Made by a program: the position numbers and the translations under genes. The notes under the pieces are model-generated. The model saw only the letters and a program-made list of their open reading frames with translations. It was not told the origin of the DNA and searched no databases. From NCBI RefSeq assembly GCF_018350175.1, contig NC_058383.1, positions 7,814,001 through 7,874,000 on the forward strand: a stretch of DNA of 60,000 nt. The letters are read 5' to 3'. Of this stretch, positions 11,784 through 38,030 are shown in pieces. This DNA comes from Felis catus. Taxonomy: Eukaryota. Numbering within the stretch: the stretch's first letter is position 1; every line of letters starts with the position of its first letter.

Positions 11784-11880
11784 CTAATATCTTTCTGCTG
11801 GGGCTTCCGGGTCCTCCTCTGAAGGGCTGGGTCTCTGCCTCCCCGTCTCTGACAGCCCCCAACTGTCCTGCTACCCCCAG

Positions 11881-12020
11881 GCACTGTGTGTTTGATCTGT
11901 GTACCGCCCGGACCCCCAAAGAGCAGGAGGAACTTCGCTGCCAGGTCCTCAGCGGCTACGCCATCATCTGCCAGGAGGCGGGAGCCACCCCGGCTGGCTG
12001 GCGGGACCTCACCGGCTGTG
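11881..12020 (+). CDS. ZAN: ZAN exon, C8 (HCVFDLC...GWRDLTGC)
   Basis: ccag| and |gtgag. Confidence 0.92.
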
Positions 12021-12476
12021 GTGAGGCCCTGACCTTCCCCAGCAGCTGGTCCCCCGACCTTCTTGGCCACTTCTGCCCCCTGCTCGGCTCTGAGCCCCCA
12101 CTCTTGCTCCTCTTGGGTTGCCCGCCCCGCTTCCCCTATCCGTCCCTGGACTCACCACATCCGAGTCCTCCCGACCCAGCCTCCCTCTCTGCCCCACCCA
12201 GGAGGCTGCACCCCACCCACCCGTGTCAGCCCATCCCACTCCTTCTCGCTCCTTCTCGCCTCCGCCCAGCTTTGCTCCTCCACTTCCTTAGCACGCTTTA
12301 ATGTCACAGGCAGAAGGACACGCAGAGCCGGCCCACTCTTCTGGCTTCCCGGCCTTTACCAAGCTCTGGGTTCTGTTGGATGACCTTGTTCCCCCCTCCA
12401 GCTTCCGGCCCCACGTTCCCCGTATCTGTGGGGTCAGCCGAGCCTGGCCACCACCTCACTATGACTTTCCCGTCAG

Positions 12477-12676
12477 CCTTGGCGTGTCCGGCCAACACCG
12501 TCTATCAGAGCTGTATGACACCCTGCCCAGCCTCCTGTGCCAACCTGGCAGCCCCTAGGGACTGCAAGGGACCCTGTGTGGAAGGCTGTGCCAGCCTCCC
12601 AGGCTACATCTACAGTGGTGCCCGGAGCCTCCCCGTGGCCCACTGTGGCTGCACCAGCAACGGCATCTACTACCAG
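12477..12676 (+). CDS. ZAN: ZAN exon, TIL (ALACPANTVYQSC...NGIYYQ)
   Basis: tcag| and |gtccgg; 200 nt. Confidence 0.92.
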
Positions 12677-12771
12677 GTCCGGGCTGGGAGTGGAGGGCCC
12701 TGTGGGGGCAGGAGAGCCCGACGAGGGGGGAAAACCAGACCTTCTCCTCCCGGCCCTTCTCCCCTCTGCAG

Positions 12772-12910
12772 CGGGGTGACAGCTATGTGACCGAGGATTG
12801 CTCTCGGCGCTGCACCTGCGCCAGCTCGGGGGTGCTGCTGTGTGAGCCCCTCCGCTGTCGTGCCGGGGAGATCTGCACCCTGGGGAACCTCACTCGTGGC
12901 CGCTTCCGAG
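12772..12910 (+). CDS. ZAN: ZAN exon, E/VWC-like (RGDSYVTEDCSRRCTC...TRGRFR)
   Basis: gcag| and |gtgag. Confidence 0.9.
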
Positions 12911-13480
12911 GTGAGCCTAGACCTCCCCTTGGCTTCAAGCTGCCCCCTTGTGGGGGGGGGGAGGGAAGAGCGGGACGGAGGATCGTCCCTCTCAGTCTTC
13001 GACGTCAGGAGGCTGGCCGTCATCCCACTCTCTCCTTTTTTGGGAGGGGCAGAGAGAAAGAATCTGTGTGCAGTGAGTGCCTGCCATCTGCCAGGCACTG
13101 TGCTGGGGCCTTGTCCCGGCATTAGCTTTCCGTGATCTTCAGTCCTTACCCCACATCCCCACTATAGGTAAAGAAAGTGGAGTTCAGAGAGGGTGAGCAC
13201 TTTCTCCAGAGCCCAGGGCTAGTGAGTGTAGAGCCCAGTTTGAAAGGCAGGCTGGTGTATATGTTAACTAACTTGGATTTAAATAAAAATAATTTAAAAA
13301 AATGTTAAAACTCAAGGGGGAAAAAAAAAGCAGGCAAGCAACAAGCCAGGCTGGCGGACCCCTGCCCAGCCTCTTCCAGCCTCTGTTTCCCTCTCTGGGG
13401 TCCCAGCCCCAGGCCCCTCTCCCTGGCTGTGGGTGTCCTCTTAGAACCACCCCCCCCAATCACCCCGCTTGTCCTCACAG

Positions 13481-13621
13481 AAAGCCCATGTCTACGGAAC
13501 CCCTGTCAAAATGATGGACGGTGCCAGGAGCAGGGAACCCACTTTACCTGTGAGTGTGAACTCGGTTACGGGGGGCACCTCTGCACAGAGCCCCAGGATG
13601 TGCCACCCCCTGGAAAACCAG
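13481..13621 (+). CDS. ZAN: ZAN exon, EGF-like domain (ESPCLRNPCQNDGRC...)
   Basis: Six-Cys EGF pattern; acag| and |gtgag. Confidence 0.93.
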
Positions 13622-13865
13622 GTGAGAACTTCATCCCAGACCCTGTATCCTCACAGCCCCTTCCCCACCACCAATTGCTACAGCATTATTCCATGTACAT
13701 AATGTGAACATATAATGCAGACCTATTACAGAGCTATGACGGGTAATAGATTCTTAATGTAACACACATTATAGAAAACATAATAAGATAATATGCTCCC
13801 TAGAGATGAGCAGAGCAAGGAGTTTCAAAGAATCCGAGTCCCTGTGCCCATCCCCTACCGACATA

Positions 13866-14290
13866 CAGTAGCCCCCCACTAATCTGTGGGGTGTACTTTC
13901 CAAGACCCCCATCCAAACCCAGGTGGATGCCCAAAACCACAGACAGCCCCGGACCCCATCTGGTTTTTCCTGTACGTGCAGACGTATGATGAAGTTTTGT
14001 TTATCAGTTAGGCGCAATAAGAGATTAACAACAACCGAATAGAACCAGAGCAATTATTATAATAAAAGTCATGTGAATGTGGTCTGTCTCTCAAACCGAT
14101 TGTACTGTCCTCCCCTTCTTGTGATGATGGGAGAGAAGATGACGAGGGAGGTGCGTGATGTAGGCGTTGTGATGTAGTGTCAGGCTGTTGACCTTCTGAT
14201 GCTACTGGACCATCTGCTTCTGGACTGCGGGTGACTGTGGGTGACCAAGTGTGGAAAGCGAAACCCCAGATTACGAGGGGGGACCCGCTG
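13866..14290 (-). mobile_element. MER44-like (TcMar-Tigger) non-autonomous DNA transposon
   Basis: Degenerate terminal inverted repeats cagtagcccccc / gggggacccgctg and internal similarity to MER44, recognised from memory. Confidence 0.65.
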
Positions 14291-14529
14291 TCCTCTGGGA
14301 TCTTCTCTCGGAACCCCGGTCCCTTCTCTGGTCTCCTTGCCTCACTCCTGCTCTTCCTGTCCTGTCTCGGATCCGTCTGAGCCTCTCCAGTACCTTTGAC
14401 CCTTTCTCCCCATCCAAAACTCGGAATTCCCTTGAGCCTCTGAGCCTGTGGTTCTCCGACTTTATCCCACCTCTCACCCAGGGTGGGGTGGGTGGGGGTG
14501 GCTTTTTCTACGTGTTCATTTCAGGACTC

Positions 14530-14900
14530 CCCCCCTACTCCCAGCAGCCCAGAGATTTGGATTCAGTAGGTCTGGAGGGGGCCCAGAAATCTGCATTTTT
14601 AATAAGCTTCCGGGTGACTAGTAGAAGTGATTCCGGGGGCACCTGGGTGACTCAGTCGGTTGAGCGTCCAACTTTGGCTCAGGTCATGATCTCACAGTTC
14701 ATGGATTCGAGCCCCGCGTCGGCCTCTGTGCTGACAGCTCGGAGCCCGGAGCCTGCTTCGGATTCTGTGTCTCTCTGCCCCTCTCTGCCTCTCTCCCCCA
14801 CTTGCACTCTATCTCTCTCTCTGTCTGAAAAATAAATAAATATTAACAAAACATTTTAGAAGTGATTCTAGGGCTGCTCGTTGAGAAGCACTGGCCACAA
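14530..14900. mobile_element. MER5A-like hAT element interrupted by a SINE (14635-14850)
   Basis: gattcagtaggtctgg...aatctgcatttttaa motif; SINE flanked by tagaagtgattc. Confidence 0.6.
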
Positions 14901-15163
14901 TGATACCCTGGACTCTAGGGGACCAGCTGGACAAACACCCCCCTTAACAAGGCTGATGGGAGTTGAGTGTCCAGAAACACAAGGGGACCCTGGGTGTGTG
15001 GTGCCGAGGCCTTGGAGTAAAAGCCTTCTGGAGGGAGAACTAGTCACATCCAGGGACTCAGGGGTTACAGTCCTTTCCGGTGGCAACTTAGGATGGAAGG
15101 GGAGTGTCTCCTCCCCCACGCCTTCCTATCCCATGTGCCTCCGTTCTGTCCCCCGCACCCCAG

Positions 15164-15269
15164 AAGCATCCAGCTTTGTGGCCATCCTGTTGGGGATGCT
15201 CGTGCCTGTGGCGGTCATAGTGCCGGCAGTGACCTGGGAATGTGTTTCCAGGAAGAGGAGGAGGAGGAG
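15164..15269 (+). CDS. ZAN: ZAN transmembrane exon (ASSFVAILLGMLVPVAVIV...RKRRRR)
   Basis: Hydrophobic stretch followed by basic stop-transfer; ccag| and |gtgag. Confidence 0.9.
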
Positions 15270-15362
15270 GTGAGTTCTGGGAAAGGGGATGAGCAGGGGT
15301 GGGTGGGGACGAGTCCACAGGGGAGTGGGCACTGACCCTCCTCTCTTCCCCACCACTCCCAG

Positions 15363-15407
15363 GGAGAAAACGCAGAGCCAGAACAGAGAACAGCCTGGCC
15401 GATGCTG
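15363..15407 (+). CDS. ZAN: ZAN cytoplasmic-tail exon (EKTQ...), contains 7-bp duplication
   Basis: ccag| and |gtgaga; AGAACAG twice at 15380-15393. Confidence 0.8.
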
Positions 15408-15492
15408 GTGAGAACCATCCCGGCCCCACAAAACCTTGGCGACTGGGAGCTGAGTCTGCCTCTAACGCGGGGTTTTCTTGCTTTCTCCTCAG

Positions 15493-15533
15493 ATTTCGTT
15501 CCAGAGCATGCCCTTAGAGTCCCTCAGTTTTGA
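15493..15533 (+). CDS. ZAN: ZAN last exon (putative ancestral frame DFVPEHALRVPQF*)
   Basis: Pyrimidine tract ctttctcctcag|; TGA 15531-15533; ATTAAA follows. Confidence 0.7.
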
Positions 15534-15559
15534 GTTGCCCTCAAAAAAGGAGAGAGAAA

Positions 15560-15565
15560 ATTAAA
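15560..15565 (+). terminator. ZAN: ZAN poly(A) signal ATTAAA
   Basis: ATTAAA about 27 nt after the last-exon stop codon. Confidence 0.65.
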
Positions 15566-17181
15566 ATTTATTTTTGAAATGTGAATTTCCACATGGCTGT
15601 GGTGGAGGAAGGGATCTGTGAAGTGGGTCTTGGGGGGGGGGGTGAAATAGGAGGGAGGGACACAAGTGTGCAGGGCTGGGGGGTGGCCAGCGCTGGGTGC
15701 TCTGCAAAATGTCCAGAGGGGAGGCGGACTGAGGTCTGACTGTCTCTTGGACAGAGCCGCTTGGCGGTGGGGTGTCCAGCCCTCTGGCTGCTGGGAAATG
15801 GGAAAAAAGCCTGCACTTTCCCAGTCTTCCCAGGAACCCAGGTGATCCCGAGGAGGCTGACATTTCCCATGAGGAGATTAAACACGGGGTGGAGGCTAAG
15901 GATGGGGAATGTGGCTTTTTTGCCTGTGATCCTCCGGGGAGGCCCCTCGCTTCTGCGCACATCCATTTCCCAAGAGGGCCTAGGGGTTACTCTGGCAACT
16001 GCTGGTGAGGTCTAGGGGCTGAGGCGTTCGGAGCCCCATCCCAGCAGCTGAGGCCAGCTCTCCTTAGCCTGAAGCCAAAGGGCTCACATTCTGACCCCTC
16101 CCCCAGGGTCTCGGGCCTCCCGACGACGACGGGGCAGGTCACTGCTTGGGGATGGGGCCTGGAACATCCTGCTTGGGCGCCAAGAGGGAAAGGAAGGCTG
16201 CCAATTGGGGTGGGGAGGCCAGGACGTGAGACCCCAAGGGACAGGGGATGCCAGAGCAGGCAGGACACTGGGTTCTACAAAGGAACCCTTCCTCTGTGCT
16301 TATTTTCTGAGGACCCTTGCAGCCACCCTCGTGTAAGGAATGGAGATCCCACCTGGTTGGGGAAGGGCCCGGGGAGGGAGGGATGGCCCCTGACCCGGCT
16401 GGCTGGGGGGAGCAGCTCTCACTCGAGCTGGGCATGGCAGGGGTGCTCAGGGGGTTCCGCGAGTGAGCTGGCTGCACTTTGGCTCGGGCATCACGGGGTT
16501 CCCTGCTGCACACCCCGCCCCCACCCGAACTCCCTTCACGGCATCTTTGACCTTTTGCCTGTTTTTCGCCTGTGCCCTGTCCCCTTGACCTCTGCCCCTC
16601 CCCTCAACAACTAAGGTCACCTTATCTAGCCCGGATGTCTGGTTGGGAGGGGAAAGGGGTGGCCTGGGCCGGCATCCTCCCAGATAGACCACGTCCTTCT
16701 GGACCCACGCGCCCTCCATCCTTAGCAGGATGGAGTCCCTCCCATACCTCTTGAGTGTACAAAACAGGAGTGATGGGTCATCAAGGGAGTGGACAGAGGA
16801 TTCCAGAGCATTAGGGACGCTAGAAGACGCTGGGACAGGTAGGAAATCACAGACGGGATCGCCACCTGAGGCCACCTGGGCAGGGAAGGGCAGAAACTGC
16901 GATTTGGGGTTCCGCACAGACCCCAACACAACAGGGGCCACCGGAGATGCAGAAGTAGCAAGGCTGGCCCCTGCAGGTGTCCCTGAGGGTGGGCAGATTG
17001 GGAGCAAAGGAACAAAAGAGGGCAACAAGGGCTCGCAGGGGTTTGACCCCATCCCCATCTTCCTGTTTGGAAGTTGGGGGAAGACATTCAGGTGGTTTTC
17101 CCCTCCCCTTCGGAAGAGCCTGGGAGAACCTGCCCGGGCAGCATCTTGAAAGGGGGAATTGTCTTCCCAAGGACTCAGCCC

Positions 17182-17184
<3 letters not shown>

Positions 17185-17217
<33 letters not shown>

Positions 17218-17226
17218 TGTGTGTGT
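17185..17226. repeat. (GT)n microsatellite
   Basis: Read directly from the sequence. Confidence 0.95.
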
Positions 17227-17757
17227 ACCCGTGGGGGGTCCACATCCCTCACTCCAGCTCTGCCCCTCCCCCACAGCCCATGCAGACTTTTCCCCCATTG
17301 CCTCTAAACCAACCCCAGCTGCCAACATCTGGCCCACATCTGTCTCCTTCATCTAACTGGACCCCCACCCCAGCCAATGCCCCCCTATACCCCTTCAGGG
17401 GGCTGCGGGGCAGGGCTACAAGCTCAAGGCCTCCCTGGGTGAGGCCCCCTACCAGGGCTGGGGAACCAGGACAGGGGAGGGAGGGGCAGCCCCACCCCGG
17501 AGGTGCCCCAGGCTCTTGGCAGAACCATCTGGAGCCGTTAGAAGCAGCTGCCAATGACTCATCTCCCACTGCCCCCACCCCACCACCTCAGACACACCCT
17601 GGGGCCCGAGAACCAAGCCTGAAGCCCCCTGCAGCCCCCCACAGCCCTGTCTCCAGACCTCCGACCACTCTTCCATACCCAGGCCGTACTCTCCGCGGAA
17701 ACCTGGCCCATCCCCCATCCCCAATCACCCCCAGAACTGCACAGTTTCCCAGTTTCT

Positions 17758-17763
17758 TTTATT
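17758..17763 (-). terminator. EPHB4: EPHB4 poly(A) signal AATAAA
   Basis: tttatt on + strand at the end of an ~1 kb 3'UTR, next to an A/T-rich tract. Confidence 0.75.
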
Positions 17764-18596
17764 TATACAAAAAAAAAATTGTTTTAAATATAATTTAAGA
17801 TCCCCTCCAAGCACCGGTGTCTGTCTCTGGTTTCCACCACCACCTCACCCCTCCCACACCCCCTCATGGACACAGCTTGGGGGTACTTGGGGGCAGGGAA
17901 GTGTCTGGGAGTTGTGGTGCGACCAAGGCATTGTTCCGGAAACAGACACAGCGATGAGGCCCTGTTTCACCCTGGGCAAAGGAGGCAATAATGAAACGGG
18001 CCCCTCCAACACAAAAGGTAATGACAAGGACGGTGGAAGAACAAACAACAACAAAAAACAACAAAATAAGGGCGGGGGGAATAAGGCCAAAATAAAAAAT
18101 AAAACTCAAAAACCTTCAATATGAAGGCAGCAGATGGGGGAGGACCATTTACAAGGGAAAACTGAGTTCGGGGAAGACAGCAGCAAGGTTGGGACATCCA
18201 AGTCCAATGATTTTGTCACTGGGCCACGACACCCCTTCCCGCCTCCGGCCACGATGCGGCGCTCTCCACTCCCGAGCTCCCAGGCTAGTCACCCTCTTCT
18301 CTTTGGTCTGCAGGGCAGTGCAGTGGCCCTTCGAGGTGAAGGGGGGGCGGTACGTGGGGCCCTAACTGGGGATCAGAGGGAGGTTGTGGGGATCGTGCCC
18401 AACCACTCCTGGGAAGTTGGCAGATTATAAGCGCTTCCTTTCCCTCTGGTCACACCCAATCCCGAGGGAAGGGCTCCCGCACCCTTGGCATAGGGTTCCC
18501 CGCCTGGGGGGCGGGGGGACATGTGATTTCTACTCTCATATGGCAGAATCCTCAAATCCTGTCTCCAAATTGCCAGCTCCCCACCCCCATGGGTTC

Positions 18597-18603
18597 AAAG
18601 TGC
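18597..18603 (-). promoter_or_regulatory. EPHB4: miR-17/20/106 family seed match (GCACTTT) in EPHB4 3'UTR
   Basis: aaagtgc on + strand; a 7-mer match alone is weak evidence. Confidence 0.4.
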
Positions 18604-18735
18604 AATCCAGTGGGGCCTAGGTATGATGGCCTCTTGGGTCCCCATCCGACTCTGTCCCAGGAAGAAGGGGAGCGGTGTCCCCAGCTGGGAGTTCCTGCCG
18701 CTCCAGAGCAGTGGGGCCAGGCAAGCAGGTGCAGG

Positions 18736-34765
<16,030 letters not shown>

Positions 34766-34886
34766 GGCGCCGCCTTTCTCGGGTTGGATCCGATCCGAGT
34801 TTGGGGGGCACTAGCCCCCCCAGGTCGGACCCCCCCCTCGAGACGGCAGACACCGACTCCCCACCCGGGACCCTCGGTCGGGGCCC

Positions 34887-34901
34887 TCAGCGCGGGCCCA
34901 T
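34887..34901 (-). promoter_or_regulatory. EPHB4: uORF MGPR* in EPHB4 5'UTR
   Basis: ATG GGC CCG CGC TGA on - strand, ending 121 nt before the main ATG. Confidence 0.6.
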
Positions 34902-37044
34902 GCGGGCGCGCTCGGCACAGGCACCAGGCGGCGGCGTCCAGGTGTGGCCCCGCGTCCCCGCCGCGCGCGCGGGCGGGCGGGGGGCGTCCTCGCACTGGCT
35001 GCGCCGGGCGGGCGCAGAGCGAGACGTGGCTAGAGTCGGGGTCCCTCCGGGGCCTCGGGGTCCCGCCCCGGCTGGCTGGGGGTGGGCCGGCCGCTCGCGG
35101 TCTCCCCCCCTCCCTGGAGTGGTGCTGCTCGCGCGCCGGGCCGGGTGCGCTCCGAGCCGGCCGGGAGGGTGGGAGCGGAGCGGGGACAGAGCGGGAGGGA
35201 GGGAGACTGCGGCGCGGGGCCGGGCGGGCCGGGGCTGGGCCGGGTTGGGACTGGGCCGGGCGGCGCCTGGCCGGGGAGGGAGGGGCGCGCGGGGGGCGGG
35301 GGAGCTCCCCCCTCCCCGAGTCCGGGCTCGGCGTGGGGGCCGGGGCGCGCTGATTGGAGCGCGCACTGCTGAATAATTCATGAGGGAAGCAGAGCGGGAC
35401 GCCGAGCGGAGCAGGTCGGGAAGTTGGGAGAAAGTTTGGAGAAGGGGGAGGGGCGGCGGGCGCGGAGCCCGGGGACCGCCCAGACGTGCGCGGTGGCCGT
35501 GCGCCCTGACGCGGACCGCGCGTGTCGGGGCCGGGGCCCGGGGACCCCCGGGGCAGGTCCGAACCCAGCACACGGCAGGCAGCGGAGAAACACACCCAGC
35601 AGCAGCACGAGGGCCGCCCGGACGTGCGTGGAAAAGTGCACTACTCACTCGAAGCCCGCTCCAACCTTCTTGCGGACTTTGGATTCTACTCTTGGATGCG
35701 CCCACTACTCCATAGTTGGCGCAGGGGACCATGTTTGGGGGAAGTTTCTGAGGATGGAGGGTGGCGCATTGGGCTCCCGAGACAGCGATCGCTGCTTAGA
35801 TGACCCCGGAGCGAACGTTCACACAATCACTCAACAAACATTAGGTATGGGGACCTGCTGTGCGCGCAACCTAGCGAAGTGGGGCGACTGGGTTGAGATG
35901 GGGAGGAGTATAGAAAAAAAGGAAGCAGGAGTAAATAAAAGGTAGGTGGGACCGAGAGTAAAGAGGCTGGATGGATTCCCAAATCACCATCTTCACTCTC
36001 GCTGTCGCGTTGGGGAGAGCTCACTGCCGCCCGCAGCCCTGACCCCTGAGGCTGGGCCGGGGCTGCTGCTGTCTTTCCAGAGGCTGTTTCCTGTCTGGCT
36101 CCTGGGGGCCCTTGGGATGGCTGGGAGGGCCCTTCCTCTCTTTGCCGCCTCCCCACCCCCATCCCATCAGTTAGAGGGGAGGGTCCAGGAAAACAGTGCT
36201 CCTCCCACCAACCCCCTTATAAGTCAGGTCACCTATGGAGGGGGGGGCGCTGCAGGAGTCCGCCAGTGAAGAGCTGGAAGAAACGGGTTTAACTCAGAAA
36301 TTTAAGGGAGACAGAGTCTGGAGTTGCTGAGGAGCCGAGAGAGTGAAGGAACACTCCTTGCTGCCCAGGACGTTGGGGAGGGAGGTGGATGGAGGGGGGG
36401 TGAGGAGACTGCCAAGCGCTTCTAACCCCCCAAGAGGACAGCTAGGCCTGCAGTGACCTCTTGTCCCAGCGCACTTATCTTCCGGCCACAAGTGTGCTCC
36501 CCACACCCCTGCCCTTCCTCATGGCCCTGCCTGGGTCCTGCTCCGGGGTGGGGGGTCACGGAGGGCAGGAAACAGCCGGCTTGGCTGGAGCCAGGCAGAC
36601 CAGGCCAGGGCCAGGAATCCCCTCCTCCCTCCTTGATCCAAGCCATATCTCCTCCCTTCTCTCACTCAGCTTCTCCTCCAGGTTAAACACCCACCTCCTC
36701 ACTCAGAACACACACACCTTTCCCTGCTTCTCACTACACACTCAAATTCTTTCCTCCAAAAGTTATGTCTCTATCTCTTCCTGGGCTCTGTGCTCAACCT
36801 CCTTGTGCCCTTGATTGCTCGAATTGTCGCATTTGGTTGGGATCCCTGATGGGGTGGGGGGTGGATGGCCTGAATGGTAAAGAGAGACCCACACAGATGC
36901 ACAGAGAAGTGAGGCAGGGGGGAGTGAGGGCTGATGAGACAGGGGTGCAGCTCACTGCAGATTCGAACCCTGTATTTCTGACCCCTGAGAACCAGGCCCC
37001 CTCAGCTATAGGGAAGAGAACTCAGATAAGAAAATACCCAGTTG

Positions 37045-37985
37045 AGGGGTGCCTGGGTAGCTCAGTCCGTCAAGTGTCCAGCTTCGGCTCAGGTTATGAT
37101 CTCATGTTCATGAGTTCAAGCCCCAAATCGGGCTCTGCGCTGACAGCTCAGAGCCTGGAGCCTGCTTTGGATTCTGTCTCCCTCTCTCTCTTCCCCTCCC
37201 CTGTTCACATTCTGTCTCTATGTCTCAAGTATAAATAAATATTAGAGAAAAAAAAAACCCACCCAGTCGATCCCTTATCATAGGGTCCTCAGTCCCCACC
37301 CCTCCCGTCATGTAAGCCAGTTCCCAATATCCAATGTATACCAGTAAAAGAATGAATAATGGGGCACCTTGCCGGCTCAGTCAGAAGAACCTGCAATTGT
37401 TGACCTCGGGGTCGTGAGTTCAAGCCCCACATTGGGTGTAGAGATTATTCAAATAAATAAATAAACATAAAAAAACAAAAAATAAATAAAGGAATCAATA
37501 AAATAAAGCTGTTATTAAGCATCTGCTATGTGCCAAGCGATCACTGTGCTAGTTTGCAGATTTGTAAAGCAAGGCTCCTGGCCTCAAAGATCTTCTAATG
37601 GGGCAGGAATCCCATTATTTCCCCTTTCCTTGGAGATGATATCTGAGCTTTTCACTCCAATGCTCAGGAGTGTCTATCCTGTGAGTGTGAAGTCATTTCC
37701 TCCACCCTCCATCCACCCAGGACTACTTCCTAGCAAAGCTAATTCAGTATCTACTGTATTACATTACGTAAGTGAGCAGCCAAATCACTACCTGGATGGA
37801 TGCTTGTGGAACAGACCTGAGCAAATCTCGGGTGCTCCTTCCTTCATTATTAGAGTGCTTTACTGCCCTCTCACCCCAAAATTAGGCTGTCACCCCCTGT
37901 TCCTTGCCTATGATCATCGCCATGGCAGTACCTGTGTAGAGCATCCCCACCCCAACAGCTGGTCGGGCTTTTAAATTTTTTATTT

Positions 37986-38030
<45 letters not shown>

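Larger units (their letters stand above)
975..15533 (+). pseudogene. ZAN: Zonadhesin 3' portion (TIL/E before D3, D3, D4, EGF, TM, cytoplasmic tail); 19 exons; carries disabling lesions, candidate pseudogene
   Basis: Exons translate to VWD/C8/TIL/E modules, EGF and TM typical of zonadhesin, in the expected synteny with EPHB4. Lesions: no AG at 973-974, GG acceptor at 9925-9926, +1 C at 9955-9959 giving TGA 9974-9976, 7-bp duplication 15380-15393. Gene identity is near certain; pseudogene status is less so. Confidence 0.65.

Noticed and set aside
16855..16880. CTCF-like motif between ZAN and EPHB4
   Set aside because: Only the 3' half matches the consensus; not supportable without a matrix scan or ChIP data
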